Origin: Ignavibacteriota bacterium
GTDB lineage: Bacteria > Bacteroidota > Ignavibacteria > Palsa-1295
DNA length: 64,000 nt
Direction: 5' to 3'
NCBI GenBank assembly: GCA_963787835.1
Contig: CAWBEI010000002.1
Span: 864,001-928,000, forward strand
The position numbers and the translations under genes were made by a program. Position 1 is the stretch's first letter. The number at the start of each line of letters is the position of its first letter. The notes beneath the pieces were generated by a model. The model did not search any database. It was given only the letters and a program-made list of their open reading frames with translations, and had not been told where the DNA came from. Shown here one piece after another: positions 30,185 to 39,638 of the stretch.

Positions 30185-31255
30185 TCAGTGCTGAACGATA
30201 AACTTTGCGGGAGTGCTAACTCGCTCGCTAGTATATGTGACAAAATAGGTTCCGTTCGGCCAGGAGTGTGTGTCGATAGCCTCGTTCTCATTCGAGGTTA
30301 CCTCTTCGTTGTATAGCATATTGCCTATAATATTGTAAATCTTCAGATAGCCATCAGTATGGAGTAGTGAGATGTTAACAAAGCCATTCACAATATTAGG
30401 GGAGATTGTAAGCGCATCCTGCAATGCGTTAGCCGTGGTGACTCCGAGCGGAAGAGGAAGATATTTTTCAGAGTCGGATCCACAACGTATTTGCTCTTCA
30501 AAGCTTGGGAAGAGGCTGAATGGGAGGAAATTGTAGTTCTTATCGAAGCTAATGACAGTCTGGAATCCTGGAGAGATAATAAGGGGTTCGGTTCCAACAG
30601 GTTTAACAATACTATCATAAATTGTCTGCGTAGCATATCCATCTCCAAGTTGGATTTGTGGATTGTAATTGGGATCTATGGACGTGCTGACGCTAAAACC
30701 TTGAGTAAATGTACTATCGGGGCTACACCATGGAAGTGCACCACTCCCACCAAATGACTGAGAGTAGGGGTCTGCTGTGTTCGGCATATAGGAGTAGGAA
30801 AAAGAAAAGGTTGAGGATCGGCAAATTGCCGAAGAAAAATACTGTTTGAATGATGACGGAGCCATATCTACCCGCAAGCGTAAATGCCAATTATATTGAT
30901 AGTATTCTGAATAATTGGTATGGACGGTTAGGTAGTCATAAATAGAGAACCAGTAACTGCTCAATTCACGAACGTTTGAACTATCGCCGAATTGGCCAAG
31001 AATCATGACGTGCCCGCAAGTGGCGTTCCCTGTATCTCGAATAGCACATGTAACGAGCGAGTCGCTCCAGTGTAGAACGGTTAAAGGCAACCCCTCAATA
31101 AACACACTGCCAGGTGTGGAATTAAACACCCCATAAATGCACAATGTTTGATTTATCTCATCACAAAAGAGGTAGTCAATACGATTTTGTCCGGCACAAG
31201 TAGAACTTGTCCGAAGGATTATGAAAATGAAGAGTGATAGAATTCGAATCTTCAT
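30185..31255 (-). CDS. T9SS-secreted hypothetical protein with N-terminal IPT/TIG-like domain
   Basis: Signal peptide; LCIYGVF..PGSVFI...WSDSLVTCAI; ISPN...NGTYFV...KFIVQH. Confidence 0.75.
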   Translation of the reverse strand: MKIRILSLFIFIILRTSSTCAGQNRIDYLFCDEINQTLCIYGVFNSTPGSVFIEGLPLTVLHWSDSLVTCAIRDTGNATCGHVMILGQFGDSSNVRELSSYWFSIYDYLTVHTNYSEYYQYNWHLRLRVDMAPSSFKQYFSSAICRSSTFSFSYSYMPNTADPYSQSFGGSGALPWCSPDSTFTQGFSVSTSIDPNYNPQIQLGDGYATQTIYDSIVKPVGTEPLIISPGFQTVISFDKNYNFLPFSLFPSFEEQIRCGSDSEKYLPLPLGVTTANALQDALTISPNIVNGFVNISLLHTDGYLKIYNIIGNMLYNEEVTSNENEAIDTHSWPNGTYFVTYTSERVSTPAKFIVQH

Positions 31256-32283
31256 TGCAATTTAATAAACTTCAATGACCGCACTTCATTGCCAGACTGA
31301 ACCCTGAGAATATATTCGCCGGGTGTGCCGATCTGGTCATTCAGTGATATAAGGTTCTCTCCAGTATTGAGCGATTGATTCATCGTGGCGCACTTGTGGC
31401 CAAGAATATCGAAGACATCTATTCGAGCAGAAGAATAGGAAGAGGATAATTCCAAAAGTAGTTTTCCTCCTTGCGTAACCAAGGAAGCAGTGGGGTTATT
31501 ATCTTCCAAACCACCTTTGACAGCTTCGTTCACAGGAGGAGGAAATTCTGTTGGTGACGATTGCATCCATCCACAAACCTTAGTGCCTTGTGCCCCAGAG
31601 GCACAAGCGCCGCCATTATGGAATGGGAACCCAAAAGTCGAATCCCAAGAAACAGGATCGCAAGGGTATGGACAATCATCTATGACATCAGGAACCACAT
31701 AGCAATGATGCGTGATTGTTCGGTTCACAGGGTCAATGATTGAAGTGTCGATTGGTCTTCCCGTTTCATTCAATGGATTCTCTGGCTCATTCGGAACAGA
31801 GGAATATAGCGTGTGTGTGTATAATGATGCAAGGGAAGGTTTTACCTTGAGAGTCGTCCTGCTATTTATATGACTCTGCAAGTCGCAGCGCAAAAGAAGT
31901 GAGTCCGTATAGTTATTATTAATCCCGCCGCCATTATTACCCTGTGACATAATATCAATATCAACAATGTCAAAAACTGCGACGTGAAAGTACGTTATCA
32001 ATTTGCTTCCGCTCAACAGTCCGTTAATTTCTACCGACACTGGTCCTGCCGCGCCATGCCCACTCATCGGTATCGCCGCTCGTATCAGCGTATCGGTTTG
32101 CGAAAGAACGGCGAGCGTGCTATCCGCGATATGAACCGTTGCTCCCGAGCTTGTGATAAAACTTCCGTAGCAAAGTAGAATGCTGCTATCCTCATCGATG
32201 GCAACACTATCGAGAATCGGCATCTGTGCTCGTGCATTTTGCGCAAGGCAGAGCATGATCGAGATGAGAATGAAGAATCTCAT
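31252..32283 (-). CDS. T9SS-secreted hypothetical protein with IPT/TIG-like domain (paralogue of the downstream gene)
   Basis: ATG 32283 (MRFFIL signal peptide); LLCYGSF...TDTLIRAAIP..G.AAGPV; FDILGH...GEYILRV...KFIKLQ; ATGA overlap with the next gene. Confidence 0.75.
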   Translation of the reverse strand: MRFFILISIMLCLAQNARAQMPILDSVAIDEDSSILLCYGSFITSSGATVHIADSTLAVLSQTDTLIRAAIPMSGHGAAGPVSVEINGLLSGSKLITYFHVAVFDIVDIDIMSQGNNGGGINNNYTDSLLLRCDLQSHINSRTTLKVKPSLASLYTHTLYSSVPNEPENPLNETGRPIDTSIIDPVNRTITHHCYVVPDVIDDCPYPCDPVSWDSTFGFPFHNGGACASGAQGTKVCGWMQSSPTEFPPPVNEAVKGGLEDNNPTASLVTQGGKLLLELSSSYSSARIDVFDILGHKCATMNQSLNTGENLISLNDQIGTPGEYILRVQSGNEVRSLKFIKLQ

Positions 32284-32375
32284 TCTTGTTTGATAAACTG
32301 TACGCGCATAGGCTCCCTTCCATTCCAAGAAAGCAGTATGGGAGCGTTTTCGTTCTTTAGGTACTGCGAATTGAC

Positions 32376-33659
32376 CTACGCCGCTTTCGGCGCCGCCAGT
32401 CCGCCGTGGGTAACAAGTGCTACGCGAGCTGCGCTGCCCATTCTTCCGAGCGCGGCATTCAGCGCGTCCTGCGGGGAATCGCTTTGGTGGAACCCAAATT
32501 TCAGCGGGTCATTCATCCCGGCGCCATGTGTAACGAACGTAACGCGTGATGCCGTGTCCAGCACTTCCTTCATTGCTATGAACATCGAACCGAGCAAAGG
32601 ATGCCGGGAAAGTTCACCTTTATTGCTCATTTGAACCAGCATCTCGCGCGATTCCGTTAAATGCCTCGCGAGCGTTGCCGAGAGTGTCGATACTGCTTCG
32701 AGCAATGGCGAAACAATGACGATCTCGCCGCCCTGTTTCAACATTCCAAGCGCAGCAAACAGCGCGTGCGAGGCCTGGAAGATATTGGTATCGAACGGAT
32801 GGGAATCGATCATTACAATATCCGCCCGTTCGGGAACCGTGAAACTGTACATCTGCGATGCAACGTCCGCGCTCACACGATACACGCTCGAAGGAGCGCC
32901 CGCCACACAGGCTGTGGTGGTAAGCGTTCGATCGATCACGACATCGATGCAGAACTTAAAGGCCGGCACAAAGTTCAATAGCTCGCGGATCATCGTGCGC
33001 GCAGCATTTTCGGAATGGCCAAGCACCGTGGATGCCGACTCGTTCGCGGTCGTGAGATAAACCTCAGCCATTACATCCTCATGCGCAAGTCCGGGGAAAA
33101 TAAGCGAACCACCGCCGGTAAAACCCTTGTAGCGATTCGGATACGTACCACCAATGCCGATCACAAGCGAAGCATCACGTAAACGGGCATCCGCCTTGAT
33201 CGTAACGGGGCCGCTTGCTGTGTGCGCGGTGCCGAAGGTGTGAAAATCCCGCTCATGCTCATTCAGCGCGGATTGAAATACACCATATTTCCGGCGCATT
33301 TCCGTACCAATCTTGCGATCGACCTCGGCATTCGAACTGGCGCGATGTCCGCTGTTGGCGAGCAGCACCGTAACGTTCGAATCCTTCACTCCAGCCTCGT
33401 GCAGGGCTTGTGCAATGTGGTAGAAGGGATAGACGGTCGGGGTAGGCTCTAAGGCGTCATCGAGCACGATGAGGACGCGGTCGTCCGGAGTAGCCAATTC
33501 CGAAAGTTTTGGGCTATTGACCGGATGCTCGAAGGCATCGTGCAAAATCTTTTCCCGATCGGCATGAGCAGTTTCAAGTGGACTATACGTGCCAATTAAA
33601 TTGGCGTCGGGGATCTCAACTTCTCGAACTTTGGGGTAATAGGTGTAGTAGTATTGCAT
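32376..33659 (-). CDS. LarA (lactate racemase)-superfamily protein with degenerate active site
   Basis: HPVNSPKLSEL, VLIVLDD, NSGHR, GFTGG..IFPGLA, KQGGEIV are LarA scaffold motifs. Confidence 0.75.
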   Translation of the reverse strand: MQYYYTYYPKVREVEIPDANLIGTYSPLETAHADREKILHDAFEHPVNSPKLSELATPDDRVLIVLDDALEPTPTVYPFYHIAQALHEAGVKDSNVTVLLANSGHRASSNAEVDRKIGTEMRRKYGVFQSALNEHERDFHTFGTAHTASGPVTIKADARLRDASLVIGIGGTYPNRYKGFTGGGSLIFPGLAHEDVMAEVYLTTANESASTVLGHSENAARTMIRELLNFVPAFKFCIDVVIDRTLTTTACVAGAPSSVYRVSADVASQMYSFTVPERADIVMIDSHPFDTNIFQASHALFAALGMLKQGGEIVIVSPLLEAVSTLSATLARHLTESREMLVQMSNKGELSRHPLLGSMFIAMKEVLDTASRVTFVTHGAGMNDPLKFGFHQSDSPQDALNAALGRMGSAARVALVTHGGLAAPKAA

Positions 33660-33667
33660 GAGGAGGT

Positions 33668-33869
33668 GAACCTGGATTACGCGGATTTGAGCGGATTACG
33701 CGGACGATTTTAGGATTAAATAAGAGAATTATGTCCCATAACACAAAAGCTTATTATGAGGATTCATTTTTCTTTTTGAGGGTCATTGCGGCAATTAGAA
33801 ATAGCAAATATTTCTGGAATACAATCATCCGAAAAATCGTCCGCGTAATCCGCTCAAATCCGCGTAATC
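33668..33869. repeat. MITE-like element with perfect 37-bp inverted repeats, family G, copy 2
   Basis: 33675..33711 GATTACGCGGATTTGAGCGGATTACGCGGACGATTTT is the exact reverse complement of 33833..33869; begins GAACCTGGAT like copy 1. Confidence 0.88.
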
Positions 33870-33906
33870 AGCATGACCGATCATGCGTGGTTCTGTCCTT
33901 CCCGGC

Positions 33907-34980
33907 TCACCCGGCCTTCATAAGCCGCTCCGCTCGATCCGCAACGCGCAGTGCTTCGATCACGCCATCGAGTTCTCCTTCCATTACTTCGGCGAGATTA
34001 TACATCGTGAGGTCGATGCGGTGATCCGTGAGTCGGTTCTGCGGGAAATTGTAAGTGCGAATTTTTTCCGAGCGGTCGCCGGAGCCGATCATCGAGCGGC
34101 GCTCGGCGGAGTATTTTTCTTCGGATTCGCGCTTGGCTTTTTCATACACACGCGCGCGCATGACCTTCATCGCCTTATTGCGATTCTTTAACTGCGAGCG
34201 TTCCTCCTGACAGCTTACCACGATTCCAGTCGGAATATGCGTAAGCCGAACGGCGGTTTCGACTTTGTTGACATTCTGCCCGCCTTTGCCGCCGGAACGA
34301 AATATATCCACGCGAATATCGTTGGGATTGATATCGATCTCGATCTCTTCGACTTCCGGCAGCACCGCAACGGATGCCGCGCTGGTATGCACGCGCCCCT
34401 GCGTCTCCGTTTTCGGCACTCGCTGCACGCGGTGCACGCCGGATTCGAATTTCATCTTCGCATACACATCCGTTCCCGATAGTGAGAACGAGACTTCCTT
34501 ATAGCCATCGATCGTCCCTTCGTTCACTTCGATCACTTCGAGCTTCCAACCTTGCCGTTCCGCAAATCGCGAATACATCCGGAAGAGATCGCCCGCAAAG
34601 ATAGCAGCTTCATCGCCGCCGGTTCCCGCGCGAATTTCGACGATAGAATCTCGGGAATCATTCGGGTCGGGAGGAATGAGCAGAAATTTGATCTCCTCTT
34701 CCACTTTGGTGTGTTCCGCCTCCAGCGAACGAAGTTCTTCCTCCGCCATCGCGCGCATTTCGGGATCGCGGGTATCTCGCAGCACTTCGCGCGCGCCTTC
34801 GATATTCCGCGTCAGCCGGTCATACTGATGATACGCCGCTTCGACCGGCTCCAGCACACGCCGTTCCTTCGAAAGCGAGCGCAGTTTGTCCAGATCGGAG
34901 GCAATAGCGGGGTCTTCCAGATCCCTCGCGATGCCTTCGAATTTCAGGTGTACCTGCCGCAGCTTTTCTAATAGATCCAT
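33907..34980 (-). CDS. prfA: Peptide chain release factor 1
   Basis: [14 protein letters not shown] (PxT) motif, [15 protein letters not shown]. Confidence 0.97.
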   Translation of the reverse strand: MDLLEKLRQVHLKFEGIARDLEDPAIASDLDKLRSLSKERRVLEPVEAAYHQYDRLTRNIEGAREVLRDTRDPEMRAMAEEELRSLEAEHTKVEEEIKFLLIPPDPNDSRDSIVEIRAGTGGDEAAIFAGDLFRMYSRFAERQGWKLEVIEVNEGTIDGYKEVSFSLSGTDVYAKMKFESGVHRVQRVPKTETQGRVHTSAASVAVLPEVEEIEIDINPNDIRVDIFRSGGKGGQNVNKVETAVRLTHIPTGIVVSCQEERSQLKNRNKAMKVMRARVYEKAKRESEEKYSAERRSMIGSGDRSEKIRTYNFPQNRLTDHRIDLTMYNLAEVMEGELDGVIEALRVADRAERLMKAG

Positions 34981-35025
34981 AAGTGGGCGGTAAACGCGAT
35001 TGGGAGGGAGATAATCCCAAGAAGC

Positions 35026-35325
35026 CTAAAACCGGCGCCTCAAATTCTTCTTGCTTCGCCGGTTATGATAGATTGCAATAATTCCGATTTCTTCCGTGCT
35101 ATCGACGATATATAAAATTCTGTAGGGAAATCGGCGGTCGAGCGGCCATGCTCGCAAATTATCATTCTCGGCTGGATAGCGAAATGGATCTTCCGCGATC
35201 AGATCATAGACACGATCAACCTCTTCTTTAAATCGCCTCGCAGATCGAGGTGATTCTTCATCAATGTAATACTCAATCGCTTGGGCAAAATCCCGCTCGG
35301 CTTCCGAGCGTGTACGAATGGTCAT
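35026..35325 (-). CDS. RelE/ParE family toxin
   Basis: AERDFAQAIEYY, RFPYRILY, IIAIYHNRR; ATGA overlap with the upstream gene. Confidence 0.85.
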   Translation of the reverse strand: MTIRTRSEAERDFAQAIEYYIDEESPRSARRFKEEVDRVYDLIAEDPFRYPAENDNLRAWPLDRRFPYRILYIVDSTEEIGIIAIYHNRRSKKNLRRRF

Positions 35326-35567
35326 GCCCTTTTTCGTTCGGCGGCTACGATCATTTTTTCTGCCATATTCATCATGTGTTCTTTTGTCACATACGTACCT
35401 TCACCCCGGCGATGGGCATCCAAACGCCGAGACAATTCCCGTTGACTAACGCTATACTCATCATCGATCTCTGCGAGATGATGCTTAATTTCCTCGGCAA
35501 GCTTGCGCTGGCTTTCCGTGTCCAATTCAAGAACTTCTGTTCGGACTTGTTCGAAGGATTTATCCAT
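35322..35567 (-). CDS. Putative addiction-module antitoxin
   Basis: 81 aa; VLELDTESQRKLAEEI...ELSRRL pattern; upstream of ParE. Confidence 0.75.
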   Translation of the reverse strand: MDKSFEQVRTEVLELDTESQRKLAEEIKHHLAEIDDEYSVSQRELSRRLDAHRRGEGTYVTKEHMMNMAEKMIVAAERKRA

Positions 35568-35609
35568 ATTTATTTTAACTCAAAAACGGGAGGCATCGTG
35601 CCAAGGGTA

Positions 35610-36995
35610 TTACGCCACCACTTCCTCCCCACTCACCACCAACTCCGGCACCACCCCTTTCATCTTCGAGAAGCCGCCGTGAACATTCACGATATTCTCG
35701 AAATCGTGCCGGCGCATCAGGCTTGCGGCGATCATCGAGCGGTAACCACCGCCGCAATGGATGAGATATTCCGCTGTCGGGTCAAGTTCCGAGAGCCTTG
35801 ATTCTAATTCCCCAAGTGGAATAAATTTCGCGCCTTCGATATGTCCATTTGCCCATTCTCCGGGATTTCGCACATCGAGCACTTTGGCGGAAGCACTCGC
35901 ATCTGCAAATTCTTCCGGTTCGATCGAGCGAAGTGTTTCCACCTTGCGGCCAGCTTTGAACCATGTCTCAAAACCACCTTGGAGATAACCACGCACATTC
36001 TCATATCCAATGCGCGCAAGCCGGCGAACGGCTTCTTCTTCGCGTCCTTGAGGAGCAACAATAACGAGTGGAGTTGAAATAGCAATAAGCGTCCCAACCC
36101 ACCAGGCATATTTATCATCCAAACCAATGTTGATCGCATTGGGAATGAATCCCTCTTCGAACACAAGCGGACTTCGCGCATCGAGAACAACTGCGCCATC
36201 GGCAATGGCTGCATCGAACGCCGTGAGCGTGAGAGCTTGCACATTTTTTGTCAGCACTTCCGCAAGCGGTGCGTAGCCGCGCTTGTTGATCTTTGCATCC
36301 TCGAAATAATATTGCGGCGGGGCTGCAAGTCCGTGCGTGAGCGTATCGACGAATGCTTCGCGCGTCATGGTTTGCAGCGCGTAGTTCGTCTTCTTTTGCA
36401 CACCGAGTGTGGACCATGTTTCCTTCCCGATGTTCTTCCCGCATGCCGAACCCGGCCCGTGCGCGGGATAAACCGTGAGATTATCCGGTAATGCCTTTAA
36501 TCTCTGCATCGAATCATAGGACATGGAAGCAAGCTGCTCTTTCGTCATAGTTCCACCGAGCAGATCGGGCCTTCCGATATCTCCCACAAACAGTGTGTCG
36601 CCCGTGAAGATCGCTTTCTGGGTTCCCGTTTCATCGCGCAGCAGATAGCATGTCGATTCCGGTGTGTGCCCCGGCGTGTGCATCGCTTCGATGGTTATGT
36701 TGCCGATGCGGAAAATTTCTCCATCGTGTGCTTCGTGAACAGCGTAATTCGTATCGGCGCCTGGACCGAAGACGATCGTTGCGCCCGTCGCTGCGGCAAG
36801 ATCGAGGTGGCCGGAAACGAAATCGGCGTGAACGTGTGTCTCAAAAACATACTTTATCTTCGTTCCACGCGAGGCCGCCATTTGGACATACGCATCCGTT
36901 TCGCGAATGGGATCCACAATAGCCGCTTCACCCTCGGATTCAATATAATACGCCGCTTCGGCCAGACAATTGGTGTAGAGTTGTTCGATGTACAT
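35610..36995 (-). CDS. MBL-fold hydrolase / persulfide dioxygenase fused to two rhodanese domains
   Basis: ATG 36995 preferred; THVHADF, HTPGHT, FTGDTLF, PAHGPGSACG; HCGGGYRS rhodanese loop. Confidence 0.92.
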   Translation of the reverse strand: MYIEQLYTNCLAEAAYYIESEGEAAIVDPIRETDAYVQMAASRGTKIKYVFETHVHADFVSGHLDLAAATGATIVFGPGADTNYAVHEAHDGEIFRIGNITIEAMHTPGHTPESTCYLLRDETGTQKAIFTGDTLFVGDIGRPDLLGGTMTKEQLASMSYDSMQRLKALPDNLTVYPAHGPGSACGKNIGKETWSTLGVQKKTNYALQTMTREAFVDTLTHGLAAPPQYYFEDAKINKRGYAPLAEVLTKNVQALTLTAFDAAIADGAVVLDARSPLVFEEGFIPNAINIGLDDKYAWWVGTLIAISTPLVIVAPQGREEEAVRRLARIGYENVRGYLQGGFETWFKAGRKVETLRSIEPEEFADASASAKVLDVRNPGEWANGHIEGAKFIPLGELESRLSELDPTAEYLIHCGGGYRSMIAASLMRRHDFENIVNVHGGFSKMKGVVPELVVSGEEVVA

Positions 36996-37038
36996 CAATT
37001 TGAAAATGCTTACATCTCCCACATAATTCCTTCGCATC

Positions 37039-37105
37039 GTAGCTGTGACCTTTAGGTCACGGTCGCGGAGCGTGATAAACGCCGTGACTTAAAAGTCACG
37101 GCTAC
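37039..37105. repeat. GTAG-type REP doublet, family B, copy 2
   Basis: GTAGCTGTGACCTTTAGGTCACGG ... CCGTGACTTAAAAGTCACGGCTAC. Confidence 0.88.
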
Positions 37106-37140
37106 GAGGCATTACCATTAAAAGCCGTATTTTTGTGCAG

Positions 37141-37912
37141 ATGTCAAATGAATTCAGCTTCCAAAGCCGCGAGGAAAAGAAGAGCTACGTCGAACGCATG
37201 TTCGGCCAGATCGCCCGGCGATACGATTTTTTCAACCATTTTCTATCTTTAGGATTCGATTATGCTTGGCGGCGTAAGGCCATTGAAGTGTTGCGTGAAC
37301 GTTTAAACTCCCCCTCCTATGAAGCAAAGCGGAATAGGAGGGGGCTGGGGGGTGGTCTCCCGGCGATTCTCGATATTGCCTGCGGGACGGGCGATCTATC
37401 CTTCGAAGCGTTATCACAAATACCCAACGCCCAGCAAACTGGTGTTGACCTTGCCGAGCCGATGCTCGAACTCTTTCGAAAAAAGGCAAATGAAAAGCAT
37501 CTTCAGATTCGAATTGAGCGGGGAGATGTCGAAGCCCTGCAATTTGCCGATAATTCGTTCGATGGAGTAACCATCGGCTTTGGAACCCGTAACTTTACCG
37601 ACTTGCTGACCGCATTCCGAGAAATTCATCGGGTTCTGAGGCCGGGAGGCGTGTTCGTAAATCTTGAACTCGCGCGGCCACGAATGTTTCCGATGAAGCA
37701 GCTCTATCATTTTTATTTCGATATGCTCTTGCCGGCCTTTGCTACGATGTTTTCGGGACACCGTTCGGCGTACCGGTATCTGCCGGATTCGCTTCGCCGG
37801 TTCCCGGACCTGGAAGCGCTGGCAGCCATCATGACGGAAGCTGGGTTCCAGAAAGTGAAATGGGAAACCCGTACGGGCAGGAATTGTTGCTATTCATTCA
37901 GGTGCAAAGTGA
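37141..37912 (+). CDS. ubiE: UbiE/MenG demethylmenaquinone methyltransferase; carries an in-frame palindrome insertion and a one-base frameshift near the 3' end
   Basis: MFGQIARRYDFFNHFLSLG, LDIACGTGD, VTIGFGTRN, AYRYLPDS. The conserved tail GIVAIHSGAK* (TGA 37910-37912) is in a shifted frame. Confidence 0.88.
37308..37356 (+). repeat. Coding palindromic element (CCCCCTCCT family) inside ubiE
   Basis: CTCCCCCTCCTATGAAGCAAAGCGGAATAGGAGGGGGCTGGGGGGTGGT; 44/49 identical to nusB 52146..52194. Confidence 0.92.
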
Positions 37913-37932
37913 TTTTGAGGCTACATAGACTC

Positions 37933-38001
37933 AGTGGACTGTGTGGACTCGATGGACAGCACATCTGTCCATTGAGTCCAAGCTGTCCACTGCCGTCCAC
38001 T
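37933..38001. repeat. Roughly 9-nt periodic TGGAC/GTCCA inverted repeat
   Basis: GTGGACTGTGTGGACTCGATGGAC...GTCCATTGAGTCCAAGCTGTCCACTGCCGTCCAC. Confidence 0.65.
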
Positions 38002-38018
38002 AGAAACAAGCAACCACA

Positions 38019-39611
38019 TTGAAAGAACAAATAAAAGCCCTGTCGAAAGAAACGCTGATCTATGGCGCGAGCACCGTCATCGGGCGGTTCCTGAATTTTC
38101 TGCTTGTTCCGTTCTATGTGAATGTGCTCGACCCCTCGATGTACGGTGTCTCGGCCTCGATGTACACCTACATGAGCTTCTTCAATATTATTTACACGAT
38201 GGGACTGGAATCGGCGTTCTTTCGCTATGCCTCACGTGGCGATAATGAAAAGCGAAGCACTGATGAAGAAAAGAAATTATTCAGTGGCCCATTCCTTTTT
38301 GTGTTATTGTTCGGCGGGTTCCTGAGCTTCATTATTATAATTTTGGCGCCCATTCTTGTCAGCCCAGTCTTTCACGATCCAAAGATCGACATCACGCCGT
38401 GGATCCCGGAATTTATAAGAATACTCCGCATCAGCGCGATCATTATATTGCTTGATAGTCTGAACTTTTTACCATTTGCAGCCTTGCGGATCGACCGGCG
38501 TGCCAAGTGGTTCGGCGTGATACGCCTGACGGGAATTGTTCTTACGCTTTCGCTCAATCTTATCTTTATTGTTGGACTTCACAAAGGCGTGGATGGAATA
38601 TTTGTCGCCAACCTCATCGCGTCCGCAACAATGCTTGCCATGCTTACGCCGACGATCGCGCGACGATTCGAATTCAAGATCTCCCGACCTGTGATGAAGA
38701 AGCTTTTTCCATTCGGGTTAACGAATGTGCCTGCTTCGCTCAGCGCAATGATGGTGCAGGTGATCGACCGGCCTATCGTGCAGGCATTCCTTGGGCTTGC
38801 CATGCTTGGCGTGTATCAGGCGAATTATCGCATGGGAATTATCATGATGGTCTTCGTAAGCTTGTTCGAGTATGCGTGGCGGCCTTTTTTTCTGCGAGAA
38901 TCCCGAACCGATGATAAACGTGCTCGCCAGATCTTCTCGCGGGTGTTCACCTATTTCATGGTTATAGCGTGCATGGGGTTCCTGGTGCTTGCGCTGTTTT
39001 TACCGGACGTGCTTTCCATACATCTGCCTCTCATTCATCACGCTATTTTTCGAAAGAAAGAATATCTTGTAGGGTTGAATATCATTCCCGTTGTTCTGGC
39101 TGCGTATATTTTTCAGGGAATGTACACGAACTTCATTGCGGGAATATATATAAAAGAGTATAATAAGGTACTGCCATTCGTGACGGGCCTTGGCGCGGCA
39201 GTGAATATCGTTACCAATATCATTCTCATTCCAATTATGGGAATTATGGGCGCAGCATTGGCAACACTCTTTGCATACATGGCGATGGCTGGTGCGTTAT
39301 ATACGCAATCCCAGAAGGTCTATTATATCAAATATGACTGGCGCCGCGTGGGGCTTGTCGCGGCGCTCGTGCTGATCGGCTTCTTTGTGGATTATTGCTT
39401 TGTCAGTCCTTCGCTCAATATTGCAGAACGAGTTCTCATTAAACTTGCGTTGCTTGCTGCTATTACGATCATACTCTTCCTAAGTGGATTTTTCTCGAAA
39501 GGGGAGATCGAGACGATACGCGCCATCATCCGGGTTCGACGAACACCGCGATTTAATCCGGAAGCAATGCCGGAACCATTAGAAACAAGCCAGGAGCGGC
39601 AGGAAGGCTAA
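38019..39611 (+). CDS. Wzx/MOP-family oligosaccharide flippase (polysaccharide biosynthesis protein)
   Basis: LIYGASTVIGRFLNFLLVPFY, GLESAFFRY, IDR, AWRPFF, GIMGAALATL; many TM helices. Confidence 0.88.
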   Translation: MKEQIKALSKETLIYGASTVIGRFLNFLLVPFYVNVLDPSMYGVSASMYTYMSFFNIIYTMGLESAFFRYASRGDNEKRSTDEEKKLFSGPFLFVLLFGGFLSFIIIILAPILVSPVFHDPKIDITPWIPEFIRILRISAIIILLDSLNFLPFAALRIDRRAKWFGVIRLTGIVLTLSLNLIFIVGLHKGVDGIFVANLIASATMLAMLTPTIARRFEFKISRPVMKKLFPFGLTNVPASLSAMMVQVIDRPIVQAFLGLAMLGVYQANYRMGIIMMVFVSLFEYAWRPFFLRESRTDDKRARQIFSRVFTYFMVIACMGFLVLALFLPDVLSIHLPLIHHAIFRKKEYLVGLNIIPVVLAAYIFQGMYTNFIAGIYIKEYNKVLPFVTGLGAAVNIVTNIILIPIMGIMGAALATLFAYMAMAGALYTQSQKVYYIKYDWRRVGLVAALVLIGFFVDYCFVSPSLNIAERVLIKLALLAAITIILFLSGFFSKGEIETIRAIIRVRRTPRFNPEAMPEPLETSQERQEG

Positions 39612-39638
39612 GCAGCCCTTAAAATTGACTCTTCAGAC

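Noticed and set aside
33668-33869. Repeated GATTACGCGGA units as a CRISPR array
   Set aside because: Only two inverted arms, no regular repeat-spacer series, and no cas genes in the window
35026-35567. Flanking direct repeats around the second TA module
   Set aside because: None found by eye, unlike the other two TA modules
37913-38022. Cys-rich C-terminal extension of UbiE given by the ORF track
   Set aside because: Artefact of the frameshift near 37876; it reads through an intergenic repeat
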